From the NCBI GenBank assembly GCA_051313645.2, contig JBNRSN020000001.1, positions 496,434,001 through 496,498,000 on the forward strand: a stretch of 64,000 nt of DNA, given 5' to 3'. This document shows positions 12,564-25,851 of the stretch, piece after piece. Positions within the stretch are counted from its first letter, which is position 1; each line of letters opens with the position of its first letter. The DNA is from Centroscyllium fabricii (lineage: Eukaryota). The position numbers and the translations under genes are program-made. The notes beneath the pieces were generated by a model, which saw nothing but the letters and a program-made list of their open reading frames with translations, had not been told where the DNA came from and ran no database searches.

Positions 12564-15500
12564 TGTAGAGGCATGCAGGGCCGAAGAACCACACTGGACA
12601 CAGATGAGTCGGAAAGTTATCATTTAATGTTACTACAGCTAGGGCCAGGTGGAAAAGAGAGTGAGCCACCTGGAGCCCAGGTATTTAAAGGTCCCGCGGT
12701 AGGTGACGTCACTGCCGGGTCTCCACCCGGCGACGTCATCACGCCGGAAGTCGCGGTGATGTCAGCACGCCGCCCGGTGGGCGGGACTGTCTTGCAGCGC
12801 TCCCGATGCGGGTTCGATGTTGCTGGTGGGCGTGTCGCCACACAGCTCCCCCCCAGAATCCGTGAGGGAGAGCGAGGCTAGACCTAGAGGAGAAGGAGAC
12901 ATAAAGGAGAGCAAACACAAATTTTCGAGTATAACATAGAATGTCCGGCGGTTTGCCGAGGTGGCCTGATGGTGTGGCCCGCACGTGTCGTGCGCTGTTC
13001 CATGTTCCGAAATGCGATGTTGAGGCGGGCTGATGATGTAGCCTGCACGTGTCGTCTCAGGCGAGGCGCTGAGGTGGCCTGATGATGCGGCCAGCACGTG
13101 TCATGCACTGCTCCTTGTTCTGCGTAGGAGTGTGGGCGGGGTTTGGTGCGGTAGGGCGTCCGCGCTTTGGTGGCTGTGCGGGGACTGTTGTCTTGCCCGC
13201 CATTACGTGTGCCGGTTTGAGCCGGACAATTGAGACAGTCTCAGCTCTACTGCCCATTTTAATTTGAAAAGTTTTGGGTCCCGCCCGAAGCACTCTGAAT
13301 GGTCCGTCGTACGGTGGTTGTAGTGGTGTTCGATGTGCGTCGTGGCGGACAAACACATACTTGGCATTTTGGATGCCGTCTGGAACACGTGCTGCCGGCT
13401 CTCCGTGCCGGGCCACCGGAAGTGGTTTGAATGCAGCTGCCTGATTGTTAAAGTCTTTGAGGCAGCGCTCGGCTGACCAGGGTTCGTTGGTTTCTGCCAC
13501 GAACTCGCCCGGTACAGTTAGTGGTTGGCCATAGACCAGTTCAGCTGCTGAGGCGTGCAGGTCTTCCTTGGCCGCTGAACGTAGACCGAGCATTACCCAG
13601 GTCAGGCGGTCGGTCCAGGTTGCGTCTTGGAGGCTGGCCCGCAAGGAAGCTTTGAAGGATCGGTGGAACCGTTTGCAGAGGCCGTTGGCCTGAGGGTGGT
13701 AGGCGGTGGTTCGGTGCAGGGTTGCCCCGAGGTCGTGGGCAATGGTTGCCCATAGGGTTGAGGTAAATTGGGGGCCCCTGTCTGATGTGATGTCGGTGGG
13801 GACGCCAAAGCGGGCGACCCAGGTGGCAATGAAGGCCCTGGCCAGGTCGGCGGTGAGGGGGACCGCTTCTGGCCAGCGGGTGCTGCGGTCGACCATTGTT
13901 AGGATGTGTGAATGTCCCCGTGATGGTGGTAGTGGTCCGACCAGGTCGATGTGTACATGGCTGAAGCGTCTAGCTGGGATGGCGATGGTTTCGAGCGGTG
14001 CCTTGATGTGCTTGTGCACCTTGGCGCCCTGGCAGGCATTGCACGAGTTGGTCCAGGCGCGGACATCTTTGCGCAGGCCGCGCCAAACGAATCGCGCAGA
14101 GATGAGTTTGGTGGATGCACGGACACCGGGGTGGGACAGGTCATGGAGGGTCTGGAAGATGTGTCGCCTCCATGTGTGGGGGACGACGGGTCTGGGCTGA
14201 GGGAGGGAGACGTCGCAGCGGACCGCTGTGGCTGTGGGCCCGTGTGCTACGGTGGCCAAGAGCAGGCCGGGGAGGTTGGTGGCAGGGTCGAGCAGGTCAG
14301 GGTCGGTTAGTTGGTCGGCCGCCATTTTGGTATAGTCGACGGCCGTTTGGACAGAGTTGATGGTGGGGCGTGAGAGGCAGTGCGCGCAGACGCTGTCGGT
14401 GGTGGGGTGTGAGGGGCAGTCAGCGACCACGTTGTCGATGGTGGGGCGTGGGGGGCAGTCGGCGACCGCTTTGTCGATGGTGGGGCGTGAGAGGCAGTCA
14501 GCGACCACGTTGTCGCGGCCGGCGATGTGCTGGATGTCGGTCGTGAATTCTGACACAGCCGCGAGCTGGCGCTGCTGCCTGGCCGACCAGGGTTCAGAGA
14601 TCTTAGCCATTGCGGACACGAGTGGCTTGTGATCCACGAAGGCTGTGAAGTGGCGGCCCTCTAAGAGGAAGCGGAAGTGGTGCACCGCGAGGTAGAGAGC
14701 GAGTAGCTCCCTATCGAAGGTGCTGTACTTGACCTCCGGGGGCCGGAGTTGTCGGCTGAAAAAGGCCAGGGGCTGCCAGGAGTCGCCCGTCCACTGCTCA
14801 AAGACTGCTCCGACAGCGTGGTCCGAGGCGTCGGTGGTGAGGGCTACTCTGGCGTTGGGCCTAGGGTGGCTGAGGAGAGTGGCGTTGGCCAGGGCCGTTT
14901 TGGTTGCGGTAAAGGCGGTGGAGGCTTCGGCCGTCCACTCGACCGCAGCCTTGTTGGACTGCCCGCGGGTGGCGTGGTACAGGGGGGCCATGAGAGCGGC
15001 TGCTCCCGGGATGAAACTGTTGTAGAAATTAACCATCCCAAGGAATTCCTGCAGCCCCTTGATGGAGTGCGGGCGGGGGAATTCCTGGACCGCCTGCACC
15101 TTGGACGGCAGGGTTATGGCCCCGGTCTGGGAGATGTGGTGGCCGAGGAAGTCGATCGTCTCGAGGCCGAATCGACATTTGGAGGGGCTTAATATCAGGC
15201 CGTGTTCAGCCAGACGGTTGAAAAGGGCCCTGAGATGGACGAGGTGTTCCTGGGGGGAGGCGCTGGCCACGAGGATGTCGTCGAGATAGACGAACGTGAA
15301 CTGCAAGTCCCGTAGGACCGAGTCCATGAGGCGCTGGAAGGCCTGGGCCGCGTTTTTGAGTCCGAAGGGCATTCGGAGAAATTCGAACAGGCCGAATGGG
15401 GTAATGACGGCTGTCTTAGGGACGTCCGCCGGGTGCACCGGTACCTGGTGGTAGCCCCGTACCAGGTCGATCTTAGAAAAGACCGTGCAGCCGGCTAGCC

Positions 15501-17361
15501 TTGCTGAGAAATCTTGGATGTGGGGAACGGGGTACCTGTCTGGGGTGGTGGCGTTGTTGAGGCGGCGGTAGTCTCCGCAGGGGCGCCAGCCGCCGCCGGG
15601 TTTGGGGGCAATGTGGAGGGGGGAGGCCCAGGGGCTGCTGGAGCGGCGGATTATGCCGAGTTGTTCCATGATGTGGAATTCGGCGCGCGCGATCTCCAGC
15701 TTGACTGGGTCCAGCCTGCGTGCGTGGGCATGGACTGGGGGGCCTGTGGTGGTGATGTGGTGCTCCACCCCGTGCTTGGCCGTGCGGGCTGTGAAGGTGG
15801 GGTTGGTGAGGGCTGGGAACTCCGCGAGCAACGTGGCGTACGTGTCGGAGTTCCGGCTTCGGCAGTGGGCCGCTGCATGGGCCTGGTGTGCCGGCCTTGT
15901 GGAGCATGGGATGGTCGACATGTTGTGGATGTCGACCAGGCGGCGTCGGGTAACGTCGACCAGGAGGCCGTGGGCGCACAGAAAGTCGGCCCCGAGTAGG
16001 GCTATTTTAACTTAGGCTGTGATAAAGTCCCACGTGTACGTGTGGCCTGCCAGCTTGATGGTAAGCTGGCGGGTGCCGAACGTAACTATCTCGGAGCCGT
16101 TTGCGGCTTCGAGTGGTGGGCCTTGGGTGCCTTGCTTGGTTTCTGCGGGGGAGGCTGGCACGATGCTGTGCTGCGCGCCTGTGTCGCAGAGGAAGCGGAG
16201 GCCTGAGCAACTGTCTGTAACGAAGAGCAGTGCTCCGGAGCGGCCTACGGACATGGTGGTGCCTGGGCTGGTTTGGGGTTTGAAGGTGCAGGGCTGGACG
16301 CAGCGCTGCGCTTTGGCTTCGAACCTGGTGTGGTAGTAGCACCAGCCTGGGCCCGTAGTGCGTGGTTTTTTGTGGGTCCGCACCGCTCTGGCTTGGGGCC
16401 TGTGCCCGGGCCTGGGGTGCGCGTAGTACTGCTCCGGTGGAGCGGCAACGTTACGGTGCATGGTGGCGCGGGTGCGCTCGGCCTTTATCAGCTTGTCTGC
16501 CTCCTGAGCTAGTTGTTTGCCCGAGTAGTGCTCCAGGACCGTCAGAGCCGGTCTGACGGAGGGGGGCAGTTTAAGGAGGTACAAGGCGCGCTTGAGAGTG
16601 GCCGGATCTGGGTTAAGCGCTTCGAATTGGGCCCACAGGTCGGTGGGGTCTGCGTCACCCAGGTCGGGGAGGTTAATGACCTGGCAGTCGCGCTCAAAAA
16701 TGGTGGGGGTAAATTTTTGGAGCAGCGCGGCCTTAAGCGTTTCATACCTGCCAGCAGTTGGTTCTTGCTCGATGGAGTCCCACATTCGGTCGATTGTGGG
16801 CTGCGCAAGGGCTGCGAAGAGCAGGCTGTAGCGATCGTCCCCCTGCACGCCATAGATGCGGAAGGTGTTCTCAGTGTTGAGGAACCAGGCCGCTGGACGG
16901 AGTTCCCAGAACTCAGGTAGGTTTGGAATTTGGCCGAAGTGCTGGCCCCGTCTTTGGTGGCGTGCTGTTTCGATCCCTGCTGGCATGGTGGTTGCGATTC
17001 AACTGAGGCAGCTTGGCCCTCAGTCCTGCAGCGACTGCTTCATTGTTCTCTTGGAATTCGTCCCAAGTATCGAGGTCACCACTGTAGAGGCATGCAGGGC
17101 CGAAGAACCACACTGGACACAGATGAGCCGGAAAGTTATCATTTAATGTTACTACAGCTAGGGCCAGGTGGAAAAGAGAGTGAGCCACCTGGAGCCCAGG
17201 TATTTAAAGGTCCCGCGGTAGGTGACGTCACTGCCGGGTCTCCACCCGGCGACGTCATCACGCCGGAAGTCGCGGTGACGTCAGCACGCCGCCCGGTGGG
17301 CGGGACCGTCTTGCAGCGCTCCCGATGCGGGTTCAATGTTGCTGGTGGGCGTGTCGCCACA
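12564..17361 (-). mobile_element. Full-length CsRn1-clade Gypsy element G; LTRs 12564-12842 and 17083-17361
   Basis: 279-bp LTRs with 4 differences seen and 4-bp TSD GTGT. PBS TGGTGACCTCGA (tRNA-Trp type). Gag CHCC motif CYYHTRFEAKAQRCVQPC; G-rich PPT. Confidence 0.95.
13057..16986 (-). pseudogene. gag-pol of element G: one reading frame broken by a single TAA at 16012-16014
   Basis: ORFs 16012-16986 and 13057-15921 are in the same frame. Motifs DTGA, YLDD, TTDAS and DRG present; the third integrase catalytic residue reads K (NGLCKRF versus NGLCERF in H). Confidence 0.9.
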
Positions 17362-18549
17362 GTGTCACAGCACGCTGATTAAATATTTTGGAGGCTCACT
17401 GAGTAATCAGAATGGGACCGGCTGTATTTCGCTCTCATGAAGAATGTTTAAGACCCATTGTGGCTTTATACAAGATTGTTGAATATCATCAGGTTCAGTG
17501 GAATCACACTTGTATTGTTTTAATTGATTTTCTGAAGGCTTTAAAACCAGTGCCTCATGAAAAAGCCAGAAAGTGTGCCAAGATCCGTGCTAACGGTAGA
17601 TGAAAGATTCACTGCGGCAAGGTTGTCCATTATTGCCCCATTAATTAATGGCTTCATCAATAATGTGCTGGATGGCATTGTAAGGGATAGGCAATATTGA
17701 GTTGTTGGGATGTAATGTGCTCTATTTAGCATCTTGCACCAGTCCCGCACTACCCCGGCTAACTCTTAATACCCTTTGATGTAGCAAAGGAAGCTACTTT
17801 ATAAAAGCAATGGTTACAGAAGACCCACAGCCAGATTCTTAGGGCTCCTAGGGATGGGGAATAAATCTGGTGTTGCCAGCATCACTCACAACCTGAGAGC
17901 AAATAAGTCATGGTTTAACATAAAATAGTACTCGGGATTCATTTTTTGTATTCCACTCGGCATCTTATGTACTTTTATAAGGTCTTTTATTATTCATCAT
18001 CTTCCAGGCTGAAGAATCGCTGTTTTTCTAATATTTTCTCATAGTCCGTCTTCTTTATGCTGCTGGTCTATATGTTTCCCTTGAGTTTCAGCAACCAGAA
18101 CGTGCAGTGTGGCCTGACTAAAACACAAAACAGCTTCAGTATGACAGCCTCAATTCTGTTAATTTGGCAATATAACTTGGCATTTTATTTGCATTGTTGA
18201 TTGCTGTTCTAGAATGGCTGGATATGTTAAATAGAGATGCTTCCCTCCTAGATGGCATTCAGTCTTATCAAATTAGGCTCCATTCATTGAGTATGTTCCC
18301 CATTCTTTCCTCCAATGTGTAACATCTTTCACTTTGCCACATTTCTGCCCACTTGCAAATGTTAGCTAGGTCTTTCTGTAGTTCATTAGACTTAACTACC
18401 ACCCTCTCAGTTTAATATGATGGTAATACAACAACAACAACTTGTATTTATGTAGCACCTTTAACTTGTAAAAGTGTCCCAATGTGCTTTGAGAGATGAC
18501 GAGTAATCACTTACATATAACAACAACAACTTGTATTTACAAAGCGCCT

Positions 18550-19600
18550 TTAGGTTACAGAGGGAGGGATTTGAAAACAAGGGTGAGGATTTTAAAACTG
18601 AGGCATTGTCAGACCGGGAGCCAGTGTAGGTCAACAAGCACAGGGGTGATGGGTGAATGAGACTTGGTGCAAGTTAAGATATGGGTAGCTGAGTTTCGGA
18701 TGACCACAAGTTTATGTAGGATGGAAGCTAGGAGCCCAACCAGGAGAGCAGCCAAGTCTCGAAGTAACAAAGACATGGATGAGGGTTTCAGCAGCAGATG
18801 AGCTGAGGCAGGGTTGGAGTCGAGCGATGTTACGGAGGTGGAAGTAGGCAGTCTTGGTGATGGAGCGGATATGTGGCCGGAAGCTCATCTCGGGGCCACT
18901 TAAAGGGGCCCTGCATCCAAAACAATATTACAGTGAACGTTGCTTAAGTCTTCCCGATATTTAGTTGGAGGAAATTTCTGTTCCTTCAGTTTTGGATGCC
19001 GGACAAACAGTGTGACAAATCAGAGACAGTGGTGGTTAGATAGAGCTAAGTGCCGCCAGAGTACATGTGGAACCTGATGTGTTTTTGGATGATGTCGCCA
19101 AAGGGCAGCGTGTAAATGAGAAATAGGAGGGGCCAAGGATAGATCCTTGGGAACTCCAGAGTTAATGATACAGGAGCGGGAAGAGAAGCCATTGCAGGTG
19201 CTCCTCTGTTTATGATTTGATAGATAAGAATGGACCAGGCAACGTAAGTTCCACCCAGTGGGATGAAGGTGGAGAGGCGTTGGAGGAGGATGGTGTGGTC
19301 AGCTGTGTCAAAGGCTGCAGGTAGGTCAAGCTGGACGAGGAGGGATAGTTTACCACGGTCACAGTCACATAGAATGTCATTTGTGACTTTGATGAGGGCT
19401 GTTTCAGTACTGTGGCGAGGAAGAAACCTGATTGGAGGGATTCAAACATGGAATTGCGGGAAAGATGGGCATGGATTTAGGAGGCGACAAACATTCAAGG
19501 ACTTTGGAGAGGAAAGGGAGGTTAGAGATGGGGCAGTAGTTTGCAAGGACAGAGGGGTCAAGGGTGGATTTTTTGAGAGGAGTGATGATGGCAAATTTGA
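18550..19600 (-). mobile_element. L2 LINE fragment (RT and 3' region), decayed
   Basis: Minus strand reads FESLQSGF, and reverse complements of DLxAAFDT and GVPQGSILGP-like motifs are present. (CAA)n tails lie just to the left. Confidence 0.75.
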
Positions 19601-19958
19601 ATACAGATACGTATCACTTCTATATGACTGTCTTTTGCCTATTCACCTAAAACACAAAACTGCTTATAATTTGGCACTATATTGGCAATCTTGTTCAGCC
19701 AACAAAGATGAGTTGTGTAGGAAATAGAACTTTAATATCGGTGCAGTAGAGAATGCTCTTTTAAGATTTGCATTAATGCAACCTGGACAGTGTACACAAA
19801 AGTTTACAGTTCCTTCATCATATACCTATTTTTGACCAGGGAGAGCTTGATGTTAATGCAAGGTCCAAAAGTGGAAAAATACTCATTTCCCAGCATTCAT
19901 ATCCTTCACTTTGATGATCAAAAATTTACCCAAAGTGAAGAAATGTAATAGCTACAGT

Positions 19959-22799
19959 ATAGAAACATAGAAGATAGGAGCAGGAGTCGGCCATTCGGCC
20001 CCTCGAGCCTGTTCCGCCATTCAATTAGATCATGACTGATCTTTCAGATTCAGTACCCTGTCCCTGCCTTCTCCCCATATCCTTTGATCCCTTCAGCCTG
20101 AAGAAATATATTCAACTCCTTATTGAATATATTTAATGAACCGGCCTCCACCGCCCTCTGTGGCAGAGAATTCCACAGGTTCACCACTCTCTGGGTGAAG
20201 AAATTCCCCCTCATCTCAGTCCTAAATGGCTGTCCCCTTATCCTTCGACTATGTCCCCTGGTTCTGGACTCCCCTTTCATCGGAAACATCCTTCCTGCAT
20301 CCAGTCTGTCCAGGCCTGAAAGAATTTTATAGGTTTCGATGAGATCCCCTCTCAATCGTCTGAACTCCAGTGAGTATAAGCCCAATCGACTAAATCTCTC
20401 CTCATATGTCATTCCTGCCATCCCAGGTATCAGCCTGGTGAATCTTCGCTGCACTCCTTCAATGGCAAGAACGTTCTTCCTCAGATGAGGCGACCAGAAC
20501 TGCACACAATACTCGAGGTGTGGTCTCACCAAGTCCTGTAGAGCTGCAGCAAGACATCTTTGTTCTTATATTCGAACCTTCTTGCTACGAATGCCAACAT
20601 AGCATTTGACTTCTTAACCGCCTGTTGCACCTACATGCTTACCTTCAGTGACTGGTGCACAAGACACCAAGGTCTCTTTGCACTTCCCCATCTCCCAATC
20701 TATTGCCATTCAAATAATAATCTGCCCTCCTGTTTCTGCCACCAAAGTAGTTAACCTCACATTTATCCACATTATAGTGCATTTGCCATGTATCTGCCCA
20801 TCCCCCAACCTGTCCAAATCGCATTGGAGTTTCTCGACATCCTCCTCACAGCATACCATCCCACCCAGCTTTGTGTCGTCTGCAAATTTGAAGATATTAC
20901 ATCCAATTCCCTCGTCCAGATCATTAACATATATTGTGAACAGTTGGGGTCCTAGGACCGATCCTTGCGGTACCCCACTAGTCACTGCCTGCCACTCTGA
21001 AAATGACCCATTTAATCCAACTCTCTGTTTTCTATCTGCCAACCAGTTCTCTATCCAAGTCAATACCTTGCCCCCAAACCCATGAGCCTTAATTTTGCAC
21101 GCTAATCTTTGATGAGGGACCTTATCGAAAGCTTTCTGAAAGTCCAAATACACCACGTCCACTGGTTCTCCCCTATCTATTTTACCAGTTACATCCTCAA
21201 AAAATTCCAGTAGATTAGTCAAGCACGATTTACCTTTTGTAAATCCATGTTGACTCTGTCCAATCCAGTCAATGTTTTTCAAGTGTACTGCTATTACATC
21301 TTTAATAATGGACTCTAGCATTTTCCCCACTACCGATGTCAGGCTTACTGGTCTATAATTCCCCGCTTTTTCTCTACCCCCTTTTTTGAATAGTGGGGTA
21401 ATTAGCCACCCTCCAATCCATGGGTACTGTTCCAGAGTCTATCGAGTTCTGGAAGATGATCAGCAATGCATCTGCTATCTCCAGGGCCACTTCCTTAAGT
21501 ACTCTAGGATGTAGATTATCAGGCCCTGGGGATTTGTCGGCCTTCAATCCCTTCAACTTCCCCAACACCATATCTCCACAAAAACTGGTTTCCAACAGTT
21601 CCTCCCTCTCATTAGTCCCTATGTTTCCCGACATTGTGTCCTCCTTTGTGAAGACAGAACCAAAATATGTATTTAATTGGTCTTCCATTTCCTTGTTCCC
21701 CATTATATATTCCCCTGATTCGGACTGCAATCGTTTCATTTCACCAATCTTTTCTTCTTTAATATATCTATAAAAGCTTTTGCAGCCAGTTTTTATGTTC
21801 GCTGCAAGCTTACTTTCATAATCTATTTTCCCCCTCTTAATTAATCCCTTTGTCCTCCTTTGCTGTATCCTAAACTGCTCCCAATCCTCAGGTCTGTTGC
21901 TTTTTTTGGCCAATTTATATGCCCTGTCTTTGGATTTTATGTTATCTCCAATTTCCCTTGTTATCCACGGTTGAGTCACCTTTTTTGGTTTATTTTTATG
22001 CCAAAACCATATAAACAAGTTCTGTAATTCTTCCATTCGATCTTTGAATGTTTGCCATTGTCCATCCACTGTCAACCCCCCCAAGCGACACCACCCAATC
22101 AATCCTACCCAACTCGCTTCTCATACCATCATAGTTCCCTTTACTTAAATTCAGGACCTTAGTCTCTGAGTCAATTTCTTCACTCTCCATCTTAAGTGAG
22201 AATTCAATCATATTAGGATCTCTCTGACCCAAGGGGCCTCGTACAACAAGATTGCTAATTAATCCTTTCTCATTGCATAATACCCAGTCTAAGATTGCCT
22301 GATCCCGAGTTGGTTCCTCGACATATTGGTCCAGGAAACCGTCTCGTATACACTCCAGGAATTCCTCCTCCACAGTATTGTTACTGATTTGGTTAGTCCA
22401 ATCTCTATGTAGATTAAAGTCACCCATGATGACTGCTGTGCCCTTATTGCACGCTTCCCTGATTTCCCTTTTTATGCCATCCCCAACCTCAGCATTACTG
22501 TTTGGGGGTCGAAACACCACTCTCACTAACGTTTTCTGCCCTTTGGTATTTCCCAGTTCGACTAATACAGATTCCACATCATCAGAGCCAATGTCTTTCC
22601 TTACAATTGTGTTAATCCCCTCTTTAACCAGCAATGCTACCCCACCTCCCTTTCCTTTTTGCCTATCTTTCCTGAATATTGAATACCCCCGAATGTTGAG
22701 TTCCCAGCCCTGGTCCCCCTGGAGCCATGTTTCCGTAATTCCAATCATATCATATCTGTTAACCTCTATCTGCGCTGCTAATTCATCCACCTTGTTACG
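19959..22799 (-). mobile_element. 5'-truncated CR1 LINE (ORF2 endonuclease and RT, frameshifted) with 3' tail
   Basis: GITETWL, MGDFN, LDFQKAFDKV, GVPQGSVLGP, FADDTK and RPHLEYCVQFWSP motifs. 3' hairpin tail ends in TTCTATGT-type repeats. Confidence 0.95.
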
Positions 22800-22959
22800 T
22801 GTATGTGTAGATTGTGCGACTATTCAACAGAATGCTATATATTAGTGAACACGCTCTCTTGTATTCAGAAACTGAATGAAGAATTTAAACAAAATTTCAG
22901 ACTAGATTCTCAACCCATCTGTCTGTGTTAAATTCAGCCTCAACAATAATCTGCATTTA

Positions 22960-23700
22960 ATACTTTAGCATAGATAAACATTCCACGGCACTTCAAAGAG
23001 ACATAAGTAAACATTAGACACTAAACCAAAGAAGGAGATATTAGAAGGACTGACCATAAGCATGTCCAAAGAGATGGGTTTTAATAAGGGTCTTAAAGGA
23101 GGGGACGGAGATAACGATAAGCGGAGGCATTTAGAAAGGGAATTCCAGAGCATGGGGTACGTCATCTAATGGTGGGGTGAAGTGAGTGGGGCTGCACAAT
23201 GGATCAAAGTCAGAGGAACAGAGAAGTTCAGTGGGGAAGATTACATAGATAGGGAGGGGGCAAGGCCATTGAGGGATTTAAACACAAGGAAAATTATTTT
23301 TAATTTTTGCGAGGGCAGAGACGATGGGCGAGTAGGACTTGGTGCAGAATAGGAGATGGGCATCAGAGCTTTGGATGAGCTAAAGTTTATAGAGGGTGGA
23401 GAATGGGAGGCTGACCAGGAGAGCATTTGAGGTCGAGTCTTGAGGTGACAAGGCAGGGAAGAGGATGGTAGTGGCAGCTGAACTGGGGTATGGTTAGACG
23501 CGAGCAATGTAATAGAGGTGTAAGTAGGCAACACTTGTGATGGGGTGTATATGGGGTTGGAAGCTCAGCTCCAGGTTGACTAGAAAGCTGAGGCAGTGGT
23601 CAATCTTGTTCAGGCTGAGATAGTGGGGAGGGGATGAAGTCAGTGATGAGGGTACAGAGTTTGTGGCGGGGACATAAACGATGGCTTCAGTCTTCCTAAT
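22960..23700 (-). mobile_element. Old L2 LINE 3' fragment
   Basis: Minus-strand remnants LWNSL and FLVFKSLNGLAPS; similar to 18550-18900. Confidence 0.65.
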
Positions 23701-25851
23701 TTAGTAATGAAAGGATAATTTACTAACCCAGTGCACTATTCCAATTGCTCATGAAATATCTAGACCATTGTAACTAGAAGATAGAGATAGATTATAACTC
23801 AATGAATTGATGCTTTTGTCGTGCACATGGACATAAAAAAATCTGCGGAATAAGATCTATTACTTGCAAGGTTGCAAGTCAGCCATATACAAATTAGCAT
23901 TCCTAATGGCCTAAGTAAGCAGAAAAGCTTTTTAAGGTCTAATAGCCTTTCAGGTTGGTTAGACTTGAACATCCTACAAAATATGTGTACCTAGAAATGA
24001 CGAGATGAAAATTTACAGTATCATCATGCTATGTTCAACGTGTCCTCAGTAAGTTTAGTTATCTTACACATGATTGCAGAGGATAAAGGATTTTTTTGAA
24101 TGTGCATTCAGTCACTTAATATTTGTGAGCCTAAAATCAAAAATTGAACAAATTCGGTTCAGCTTTTTAATGGCATGGTTGTACCCAGTTTTCTCACAAG
24201 CCTGGTGCGTGGCAACAACTCATTTCATTGGACTGTTACCTCATGGATAGTAGACAAAAGAAAGTGGAAAACTGAAGTACTTTGCTTACACTTTCATTTC
24301 ATATTGTAATGAAATTCCACATATAAACTTTAAATAAAAGTTATATCCTCTTAAAATAAGAACTTTTGTGTCTATAATATACATCTAGAGATTGCAACGG
24401 AAGACAGAGTTGGCCTGCTTAATTTGCATGCATGGTTCCATCACTGTTTATCTGCCAGTTGTGACTTTTCCATATTAGGAAATTTTACAAAGCTGTTCAG
24501 ATGCTGTGTATGGACTGGATAGATGTGATTAGATCTATTGTTCATTAAAACTATGAGCTATGTTTATTTTTGATATCCCAAATAAGGCTAATTTAAATAT
24601 GGGAAGTTAAAGCAGTTTAATTTTATTATGAACCCTTATTAAATGCATTAACCAGTTGTATTTCTAATTTAATAAGTTTTAAAATCTATTTGAATTGTTG
24701 ATGCTTTTATTCAAAAATGTATCAGTACATTTGGAAATATTGGTTTTCATCGATTGGCCTCAGAGAAAAATGTAAATAATTCTAAAAAGCTGTTGTGAGT
24801 TAGCTGATCTCATCAGGGGTGGTGAGAAAAGTGTTGCAATTTGTCACTTTGCCACTGGACTAGAACGTAGAAAAATATAAACCGGGGGGTGGGTCCCACT
24901 CCTGAACTTAAAGAGGGGGGGTTGAGGAATATTGTTGTAAGCAGGAAGAGAGATGGCAAGGCAGAGGGAGTTATGTAGAGAATTTCAAAGGGCAGTAGCA
25001 TAGTACTGAATGAGTGGCTTCTAATGATGGAGAATAGGGAGCAAGGGATGAGGAGAAGTCCTATGTTAGAAAAATAAAGGATGCTTTCAGGGATGGAAGG
25101 CAATAAGTGATCACTAAGGTAGGTTGGAGCAAAGATAAAAATGTTGAAATTGACACACTGAAACAGTAAGAGCTGAAGATGGTTGCAAAGGAGGGACATT
25201 GGAGGAGTATGGTGTGGTCAATTATGCCTAAGCTCACACTTTAAGAATTCCCACTTGAGTGAGATACTGGCCCAAACCCCAAACTGTGTCTAAATTTTGC
25301 CTGCACTCAGAGTGTGGGTTTGGAGGTGGGTCCGCTGTCAAAATCAAAATGATTGACAGCGGGTTGGGAGTCCACTCCAAAACCCGCCTCCATGTAAGTT
25401 TCCAGTGTCAAGTTTGCGTTTTCAGAACAGACCCGACACCAAGCGGCAGGGGAGGCATTTAAGGTACTTAAATGCTTGTTAAACGCTTGAAAAAATCTCA
25501 CCTTGATCCTCTGAATCCCTCCATGATCAGCCCCAACACCAACATCACCAACAACAATACCAACCTTCTCTGCAATCACTTGATGCTGCACAAACACGGG
25601 GCATCAGCACCTGACAACATTGCTGCCCGGGAGGCCAGCGATGGCACCACCATGGCCAGATTTACTTCACCTGGCGCTGTACACCCTGGCTGACACATGA
25701 TGTGCCAGGTTGACACCACCCCACACCAACACCATAAAGCATCCCTACAATGTCCAAGCCATTCCTTTCACACTCATCACAATTGAGCGGGGGAGGGGGG
25801 AAGTTATGTCTTAACATTCATTAGAACTCACGAAGTCACTTCCAACTCACT

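Noticed and set aside
13057-15921. 954-aa ORF as an active or domesticated pol
   Set aside because: There is an upstream stop in the protease, an E-to-K change at the integrase catalytic site and a small deletion near WPEAVPL. Intact LTRs and TSD indicate a young but dead copy.
16012-16014. Programmed gag-pol stop read-through in G
   Set aside because: The TAA lies inside the protease domain, after DTGA, and relative H has a sense codon there; it is a nonsense mutation.
23700-24800. AT-rich unique DNA as conserved non-coding enhancers (also 51350-53200)
   Set aside because: Plausible for this gene but cannot be supported without cross-species alignment.
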